From assembly GCA_018335275.1 (NCBI GenBank), contig JAGXKM010000002.1, forward strand, positions 12,233 to 76,232: a stretch of 64,000 nt of DNA. The letters are read 5' to 3'. Positions 57,635 to 64,000 of this stretch are shown one piece after another. A model generated the notes under the pieces. It saw only the letters and a list, made by a program, of their open reading frames with translations. It had not been told where the DNA came from and did not search any database. Position 1 is the first letter of the stretch; the number at the start of each line of letters is the position of its first letter. Origin of the DNA: Anaerolineales bacterium (lineage in GTDB: Bacteria > Chloroflexota > Anaerolineae > Anaerolineales > UBA11858). A program made the position numbers and the translations under genes.

Positions 57635-60124
57635 TTATTGTGTGAGTTCCTTTAGAATAGCCATTGTTTCTGACTTACCCCCTGACCCAAGTTCACCTCC
57701 AGGACCTACGCAACTTGGGCAACCATCTTCACAGGGGCATTGGGAAACCAGGCGAAGCGCTTGGCTGAGGAGTTCATTGTGGCTATTAAATAGGCGTTGA
57801 CTGAAACCCAACCCTGCTGGGATTTGCTCATAAAGGACAACGGTAGGTTGATTATTCGCGAAATCTGGGCCGGGATCAGCATGCACGCCTAAGTCATGCC
57901 TGTCGCACATCAAAAACAAGGGAGCCAAATGATGGAGCAAAAATGAGAGACCATTTAAACCGCTTTTGACTCGAACAACATTTTCTGCACGTTGATGGCA
58001 GCGAGGACAAAGAGTAATCAAGTTATTTAAACGATTTGCATCTTTAACCGTTTGGAAACTTCGAAGGGGTTTTTTATGATGAATATGTAATTGAGAGTCT
58101 TCCCGGACCTTTCCACAAGATTGACATTTCCTCTGGTCGCGATCCAAAACCGAGCTGCGGATTGATTCCCAATCAGGTCCGTAATCAAGGGGACTGCTGG
58201 ACCAGTCTCCCGAGGATTTCAGATTTTGGATGGTTTTCTTTTCAAGGGAAAACCAATAGCCAGCAGTTTTTAATTCTGTGGGGGGTAGATCTAGATTCTC
58301 ATGACCTAAAACTTCATAATGATCCCAATTGATTTTTTTAAAACCAACCACACGTTTGGTGACAGATAGATCGCCTTGAAAAATATGGCAACCAGATGAT
58401 TTTTTATCTTTAAGCACGGATAGACACTCAACTTTTGTGTCTTTTATCGGTTCTGTGTAATAATCATCGTCAGCATCTATTAGGTTTGCCTGATTGTTCT
58501 CAAGATCTAATTCCTTTACTTTATACACTCTACCTTCATGAAGGTAGATCGCGCCGGGATGGAGCATCCAGTCAGCGCTCTTTTTATCGATTGTGCCGAT
58601 GGTTTCTTTCTTTCCGATTTGATCAATAAGGGAAATGAAAACTTGTTCAAAGTCTGTGGTTCGTAACGAGATGTCACTTGCTGGATAACCTTTGTCCATC
58701 CAGTAATAGGTCTCTTCAGAGTAATGTAATGAACCTCCGCTGTGTAAAAATTCCAAAAATTCCAACGTTTGGCCAGGGCTTAATTCACCGTATCTTTCCC
58801 CCTCCTGAAAAGGCAGCTCGAAAGCAGCACAACGGATGTGTTTTATAAGGATAAGCAGATTGTTTGGATCGATCAAAGCGTGTTCAGGGGAGCGCTCAAA
58901 TAAATATTCCGGATGGTGAGCCAGAAATTGATCCAGAGGATTTGAGGAAGTGACTAAAATGGAAAGCGATGGTTTTTGGGATCTCCCCGCGCGACCCGCT
59001 TGCTGCCAGGTACCTGCGATTGTACCTGGATACCCCGCCAGAATGGAAGCATCCATTCCTCCAATATCGATACCTAACTCTAGAGCAGTGGTGGCGACAA
59101 CGGTCCGAACTACACCCTGGCGAAGTTTTCTTTCAATTTCCCGGCGCTGTTCTGGTAAATAACCGCTGCGGTAAGCTCGCAAGGCTTGGTTTGAGCTATC
59201 AACATGGTCTTCCATTTTGCTGCGGATAAACTCAACTGATTTTCGAGAACGGGCAAAAAGGATCGTCTGTACGTCATATGAAAAAAGGTCCTTGGCGAGA
59301 CGGACGCTTTCATTTTGCATCCCTGCCCTGAGACCAAGTTTTTTGTCAATTACGGGCGGGTTAAATACCAGGAAGTGCTTTTCGCCACGAGAAGAAGTAT
59401 CCTTGTCAACCACCGAAACGGGTTCTTCAATGAGCAGCTCAGCTAATTCCTTCGGGTTGCCGATGGTAGCAGAGGTAAGTATGAATTGGGGACAAGAATC
59501 ATAATAATCAGCCACTCTTTTTAAACGTCGGATGACATTTGCTACATGGGAACCAAAAACACCCCGATAGATATGCATTTCATCGATGACGATGAAATGC
59601 AGTTGAGTAAAAAACTCTTCCCATTTTGTGTGATGGGGAAGGATCCCTACATGGAGCATATCGGGGTTAGAGAGGATAATTCTCGAGTTTTGGCGGATGA
59701 GTTTCCGGTCCTGGCTTGGCGTATCACCGTCATAAGAAGCCGCAGGAAGCGGAAAAGAGGACTTTAGACCGGTCAATTGGTCGTGGGCAAGGGCTTTAGT
59801 GGGAAACAAATACAAGGCGCGTCTCTGTTCGTGTTTTAAAAGAGTGTCAACCACTGGCATATTGTATGCCAGGGTTTTACCGCTGGCAGTCCCCGTTACC
59901 AGGGCGACATTCTTTCCGTTTTTAATCATATTCCAGACAGCTTTTTGATGTTTGAAAAGGTCTTTGACCCCCAGCTTTTTAAAAGAAGTTGAGAATGAAG
60001 GATGAAGATCTCCTGGGGGGGGAGCATATTCTGGTTTGCGTTTTGGGAGGGTTTTCCAGGTTGTTATATGAGCGGCAACGGAAGGGTCAGCACGCCAATG
60101 ATTGAGCAATCTGCGAAGGGACAT
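57635..60124 (-). CDS. MrfA/YprA-like DEXH-box helicase with a DUF1998/MZB zinc domain and an inserted HNH nuclease module
   Basis: It has motif I 'GTASGKT', motif II 'DEMH', 'TSAT' and motif VI 'QQAGRAGR'. An HNH-like segment 'DRDQRKCQSCGK...HIHHKKP...NNLITLCPRCH' occupies aa 661-710. The C-terminus is 'MCDRHDLG...LYEQIPAGLG...CPCEDGCPSC'. Confidence 0.85.
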   Translation of the reverse strand: MSLRRLLNHWRADPSVAAHITTWKTLPKRKPEYAPPPGDLHPSFSTSFKKLGVKDLFKHQKAVWNMIKNGKNVALVTGTASGKTLAYNMPVVDTLLKHEQRRALYLFPTKALAHDQLTGLKSSFPLPAASYDGDTPSQDRKLIRQNSRIILSNPDMLHVGILPHHTKWEEFFTQLHFIVIDEMHIYRGVFGSHVANVIRRLKRVADYYDSCPQFILTSATIGNPKELAELLIEEPVSVVDKDTSSRGEKHFLVFNPPVIDKKLGLRAGMQNESVRLAKDLFSYDVQTILFARSRKSVEFIRSKMEDHVDSSNQALRAYRSGYLPEQRREIERKLRQGVVRTVVATTALELGIDIGGMDASILAGYPGTIAGTWQQAGRAGRSQKPSLSILVTSSNPLDQFLAHHPEYLFERSPEHALIDPNNLLILIKHIRCAAFELPFQEGERYGELSPGQTLEFLEFLHSGGSLHYSEETYYWMDKGYPASDISLRTTDFEQVFISLIDQIGKKETIGTIDKKSADWMLHPGAIYLHEGRVYKVKELDLENNQANLIDADDDYYTEPIKDTKVECLSVLKDKKSSGCHIFQGDLSVTKRVVGFKKINWDHYEVLGHENLDLPPTELKTAGYWFSLEKKTIQNLKSSGDWSSSPLDYGPDWESIRSSVLDRDQRKCQSCGKVREDSQLHIHHKKPLRSFQTVKDANRLNNLITLCPRCHQRAENVVRVKSGLNGLSFLLHHLAPLFLMCDRHDLGVHADPGPDFANNQPTVVLYEQIPAGLGFSQRLFNSHNELLSQALRLVSQCPCEDGCPSCVGPGGELGSGGKSETMAILKELTQ

Positions 60125-60199
60125 AGTTTTTGCGCACCATTCAATTAGGGCATGAAGTTTATAAATGATAACAGATGATTCTTTTATTTCATTTTATGA

Positions 60200-61489
60200 T
60201 CAAAGAGCTTCTTCTTCTGCCCTTAACTTCATCTGGTTGCGGAGCGTTTCAATGTCGTTTGGAATCACAAAAGCACACCAACCCATGAATAAAGCTGCAA
60301 TCATTCGGGCTATTACGCTTATGATTAGTATAGCGAATCCGAGCGATGTAGAGCGGGCGATGAAGCCGGCAAGTAAAGGGGCAAGGGCGGCACCGCTGTT
60401 TTCAATGAAGTACTGCAAAGAGAAGGCTGTGCTGCGCACTTCAGGCAGGGCGATATCATTGATTGAAGAAGTGATATTTGGGCTACCCATGGGCATGAAA
60501 AATGCTGTGATGGCAAGCATGATTCCGAAGAAAATGGGTTGATCGATGGGGATAGACATCGTGAGCGCGATGAGAACCGCGCCGATCAGTGCCCCGACCA
60601 TGGAGACCAGCATCCGACCCTTTTTTGTTCGTTGAAAGGCAGCATCACCCAGCAGACCACCTGCAAAGTAACCAGAAGCAAGGATCAATACGGCAGGTAC
60701 CATGGTCAACATGACTGCTGATTGCCCATAGAATCGCTCACTTTCAAGATATCGGAAAAACCAATAGGTGATCACCTGCCAGGGAAAGACGTTTACAAAA
60801 CCCTGTACGAAGAGCAGCCACATGCTACGCTTTTGGAGTAAACGAAGTGCTTCCTGAAAATCAAAACGGTGGATGCGTATGAGCTCGCGGTCTGATAGTT
60901 CGGGCTCACTTTGACCGCGGGGGGCTTCTTTAACAGTGAGGAGAATGACCAGAGAAAGGAGGATACCCAGGGAACCAGTGATATAAAACACCGCACGCCA
61001 TCCCAAAAGCCCGCCTAAAGCGATCGCTAAAATCATGCCCAGTAAATAACCGATGGGCATAGAGAGCTGCAACAATCCGTAAATCTTTCCGCGGGTTTTG
61101 GGGGGGAAATGATCCCCGATAAGAGAGTATATTCCAGGATAGCTGGAATCATCGATGCCGGTTGAGGAACGCGTAGCAGCGAATAGCGGAAACGTAGGCG
61201 CAATGGCGCTGAGCCAGGTGGTGCTTCCCCAAAGAAAGGAGGCTATTGCGATCAATTTAGGACGGGCAAAACGGTCATATAAATATCCCCAGATGGGATA
61301 AAAAACCGTGCCCACGATCAAGGCCCCAGACACAAGAGCACCCATTCTGACCTCATCAATCTGGAAAGACTCCATGATATCCGAGGTCAGAGGGCCGATG
61401 AGGAGTTTATCAGCTTGATGAAAAAGCATAAAAGCAAATGAAAGAGAGATAACTAAACGCCCTTGTTTTTTTCGATGAGCGAGTTTCAT
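60200..61489 (-). CDS. MFS transporter
   Basis: It has 12 TM segments and the motif 'GYLYDRFARPKL' after TM2. Confidence 0.8.
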   Translation of the reverse strand: MKLAHRKKQGRLVISLSFAFMLFHQADKLLIGPLTSDIMESFQIDEVRMGALVSGALIVGTVFYPIWGYLYDRFARPKLIAIASFLWGSTTWLSAIAPTFPLFAATRSSTGIDDSSYPGIYSLIGDHFPPKTRGKIYGLLQLSMPIGYLLGMILAIALGGLLGWRAVFYITGSLGILLSLVILLTVKEAPRGQSEPELSDRELIRIHRFDFQEALRLLQKRSMWLLFVQGFVNVFPWQVITYWFFRYLESERFYGQSAVMLTMVPAVLILASGYFAGGLLGDAAFQRTKKGRMLVSMVGALIGAVLIALTMSIPIDQPIFFGIMLAITAFFMPMGSPNITSSINDIALPEVRSTAFSLQYFIENSGAALAPLLAGFIARSTSLGFAILIISVIARMIAALFMGWCAFVIPNDIETLRNQMKLRAEEEAL

Positions 61490-61503
61490 ATCATGATCTC
61501 CGG

Positions 61504-63327
61504 TTATTCCACACCCATCCCCATTAAATCGGGTGTGTCAAATGTTTTTGCCAGCTCTTTACGGAATTGTTGCGTGTAGAGTCGGTAATATTCACCCTTC
61601 ATTTTTATCAGTTCTTGGTGGGATCCCATCTCAGCAATAGAACCCTGGCGGATGAACATAATCCTGTCTGCTTTTTTGATGGTGGAAAGCCGATGTGCGA
61701 TCACAAAGCTGGTTCGACCTTCTATGAGGTTTTCCATTCCTTTTTGGATATGGGATTCTGTGAGTGTATCCACCGAGCTCGTAGCCTCGTCCATGATGAA
61801 AATATCAGGTTTTCGAAGCAAGGCCCGGGCGAGGCTGATGAGTTGTTTCTGCCCTACGGAAAGCAGGTTTCCACCTTCGCCCACCTGTGTTTGATATCCA
61901 TGCTCGAGAGCAGAGATGAAATGATCAGCACCGGCCAAAGAGGCAGCCTGGCGAATTTCAGCAGGAGTAGCGTTTAATTTCCCGTAATGAATGTTCTCTT
62001 CAATGGTCCCTGAAAACAGGTGCGGGGTTTGGAGCACCATCCCGATCCGAGATTGGAGGGCATGCATAGAAATTTGCGTATAGTCAATACCGCCAATGAG
62101 TATTTTGCCCCGTCTTGGTTCAAAAAACCTGGCTAATAAGTTGACAATCGTCGTTTTCCCGCCCCCGGTTGGGCCCACCAGGGCGATAGTTTCCCCTTCC
62201 TCCACGGATAAATTAAAACCTTTTAACACAGGGTCGTCTTCTTGATAATAAAAATCCACGTTCTCAAAAACAATGTCGCCTTCTAGGGATGAGGGCTCCT
62301 GAGCCTGAAGTGCATCTTGAATATCAGGTTCTGAGTCCAATAGTGAGAAAATACGCTCAGCAGAAGCAATGGAACGCTGCATTTCTGCGTATACGCGGGC
62401 TAGATCCTGGACGGGCCAAATCATGAAAGTGATATAGGAAATAAAGGCTTGTATCCCACCTACGGTCATTAAACCTACTTCGACCTGTAAGCCGCCATAC
62501 CAGATTACGCTACCCAAAGCCAAAGAACTTACCAGCAAAACAGCAGGCAAAAAGAGGGCGGATAGCCAGGCAGCACGGTATCCAGCATGATACATTTCAT
62601 CCGTTAACTCTTGGAACTCCTCCATATTTTGTTGTTCGCGGCTGAAGGCTTTTGCGACGCGAACGCCAGTTATGTTTTCATTGTAGGCACCTGTGATTTG
62701 AGAGTTAATTTTCCGGACTTTACGGTATTCACCAATGATCCGCTTTTTGAAAAGAGCGGCGATCACGATAAGAATGGGGATGATTGTAAAAACGATAGAG
62801 GCGAGACGCCAGTTAATGGAAAACATGAAATAGGCTGCTGTGAGGATATTAATTACACCCCAGGTGATGTCCAAAAAACCCCAGGTGACGAGTTGGGCAA
62901 CCCGTTCAGTATCAGAAGTGACCCGGGACATGATCCAACCAACAGGCGTTTCATTGAAGTAGGATAATGAGAGATTCTGAATGTGGTTGAACAGTTTCTG
63001 TCGCAGGTCATAACGAACCCTTTCCCCCAGCACACCTGCGAGGTAAATGAAACCAAAGACATTGACAGCCTGAAAGATGATCAGCAGACCATACTGTAAG
63101 ATAATTTTCCTCAGCAGTGTAAAGCTGCCTGTTCCAATGCCCTCATCAATGATGCGTTTGCTGAGAAAGGTGAAATAGGAGTCCAAACCAGAAACGATAG
63201 ATATGGTTAAAAGAAATCCCAAGACCCAGAGCCAATGAGGTTTAACCTGGGCAAGGATGCGAAGGAGTGTTTCCGCGTTGAATGAGCCTGTGAATTCTTC
63301 TTCTTCAAAACGTGTGAGTTCGGTCAT
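61504..63327 (-). CDS. ABC exporter, fused permease/ATPase (MsbA/MdlB-type half transporter)
   Basis: It has an N-terminal 6-TM ABC_membrane domain, Walker A 'GPTGGGKTT', the signature 'LSVGQKQLISLARAL' and Walker B 'IFIMDEATS'. Confidence 0.9.
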   Translation of the reverse strand: MTELTRFEEEEFTGSFNAETLLRILAQVKPHWLWVLGFLLTISIVSGLDSYFTFLSKRIIDEGIGTGSFTLLRKIILQYGLLIIFQAVNVFGFIYLAGVLGERVRYDLRQKLFNHIQNLSLSYFNETPVGWIMSRVTSDTERVAQLVTWGFLDITWGVINILTAAYFMFSINWRLASIVFTIIPILIVIAALFKKRIIGEYRKVRKINSQITGAYNENITGVRVAKAFSREQQNMEEFQELTDEMYHAGYRAAWLSALFLPAVLLVSSLALGSVIWYGGLQVEVGLMTVGGIQAFISYITFMIWPVQDLARVYAEMQRSIASAERIFSLLDSEPDIQDALQAQEPSSLEGDIVFENVDFYYQEDDPVLKGFNLSVEEGETIALVGPTGGGKTTIVNLLARFFEPRRGKILIGGIDYTQISMHALQSRIGMVLQTPHLFSGTIEENIHYGKLNATPAEIRQAASLAGADHFISALEHGYQTQVGEGGNLLSVGQKQLISLARALLRKPDIFIMDEATSSVDTLTESHIQKGMENLIEGRTSFVIAHRLSTIKKADRIMFIRQGSIAEMGSHQELIKMKGEYYRLYTQQFRKELAKTFDTPDLMGMGVE

Positions 63328-63367
63328 AATCTGAATAACAGGTGTTTGATAAGCAAATGATTAACAA

Positions 63368-64000
63368 TTAAGTCTGGTAGGTTGAGGGTGTGAGCTCTTT
63401 CTGTAAAGCGTCATCGATTTTTGCTTGAATATTAAATATTTCTTGATACTTACCAGGTTTTGAAAGCAAATCCTCGTGGGTGCCTTTTTGGATAATCATT
63501 CCCTGATCAAGGACTAAGATTATATCAGCCTGCATAAGGCTTTGGATCCGGTGGGCGATAATAAACGTAGTGCGATTAACCATCAGATTTTCAAGCGCAA
63601 GATGGATTTCGGCTTCTGTTTCAACATCCACAGATGAAGTGGCATCATCAAGGATGAGAATTTTTGGATTTTTAAGCAAGGTCCGGGCAATAGCTACCCG
63701 CTGTTTTTGTCCTCCTGAGAGTGTAACTCCTCTTTCGCCCACCAATGTCTCATATCCTTCAGAAAATTGGGTGATCACCTCATGGACAGCCGAGGCTTTA
63801 CAGGCAGCGATGAGTTCCCGGTCAGGCACATTCCGTTCTACACCGTATGTGATATTTTCACGGATCGTCCGGCTGAATAAAAACGGTTCCTGTTCCACCA
63901 ACCCAATGTGCCGGCGCAGGAAGCGCCGTGGGTATCGTTTGATATCCACGCCATCCAGCAAAAGTTTCCCTTCTGTATAATCATAGAACCGGGGCAGTAA
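63368..64000 (-). CDS. ABC exporter, fused permease/ATPase, C-terminal part (5' end beyond the window)
   Basis: The frame is open to nt 64000 ('LLPRFYDYTEGKLLLDGVDI...'), so the TTG at 63961 is internal. It has the signature 'LSGGQKQRVAIARTL' and Walker B 'ILILDDATS'. It is probably the heterodimer partner of 61504-63327. Confidence 0.87.
   Translation of the reverse strand, partial: LLPRFYDYTEGKLLLDGVDIKRYPRRFLRRHIGLVEQEPFLFSRTIRENITYGVERNVPDRELIAACKASAVHEVITQFSEGYETLVGERGVTLSGGQKQRVAIARTLLKNPKILILDDATSSVDVETEAEIHLALENLMVNRTTFIIAHRIQSLMQADIILVLDQGMIIQKGTHEDLLSKPGKYQEIFNIQAKIDDALQKELTPSTYQT

Noticed and set aside
1-64000. CRISPR arrays, IS elements, prophage or toxin-antitoxin modules, and rRNA genes.
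   Set aside because: I saw no regularly spaced direct repeats, no transposase, integrase or recombinase ORFs, and no rRNA-like sequence. An exhaustive repeat search cannot be done by eye and should be run computationally.

Overview
This is a chromosomal, mostly housekeeping window of about 46% GC from a bacterium. The gene content (a Tad/Flp pilus locus with no secretin, YfhO-type membrane proteins, many TTG/GTG starts) suggests a monoderm-like lineage such as Chloroflexota, but that is inference only. I found no transposase, integrase, CRISPR array or rRNA. The gene order is as follows:
- A 5'-truncated NarL-type sensor kinase.
- A compact Flp/Tad pilus locus: flp (missing from the ORF track), cpaB, REC-cpaE, cpaF, tadB and tadC.
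- comF and hpf.
- About 1 kb of degraded or non-coding DNA.
- A folate/pterin cluster: folE, then folK, folB and a TGxxxRxG short-chain dehydrogenase/reductase (SDR) on the minus strand.
- lgt and tlpA, then a thioredoxin-fold lipoprotein with an in-frame TGA at the first Cys of CxxC.
- csoR-copZ-copA, inositol-phosphate synthase, an L,D-transpeptidase, ccdA and a Grx-DUF2085 fusion.
- pgeF-yggS-yggT-DUF167.
- A membrane-anchored NACHT-HEAT NTPase co-transcribed with a COG1579 zinc-ribbon protein.
- A duplicated two-gene module of large polytopic (YfhO/GT-C-like) membrane proteins.
- alaX and an alpha-oxoamine synthase.
- A Roadblock/V4R/GTPase/DUF4388 module interrupted by a polyprenol-P-mannose synthase.
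- tRNA-Asn.
- Transporters, a cupin, an FHA-GAF-cyclase, a CapA-like protein, an SDR, relA/spoT and a DUF867 hydrolase.
- A LIV-type ABC operon preceded by a leader that contains a terminator.
- A zinc-ribbon membrane protein, a MrfA/YprA-like helicase carrying an inserted HNH module, an MFS transporter and two ABC exporters.
The most interesting items are the candidate UxxC selenoprotein, the helicase-HNH fusion, the small-GTPase module and the tandemly duplicated membrane-protein pair. I do not see a clear, self-contained novel defence island.
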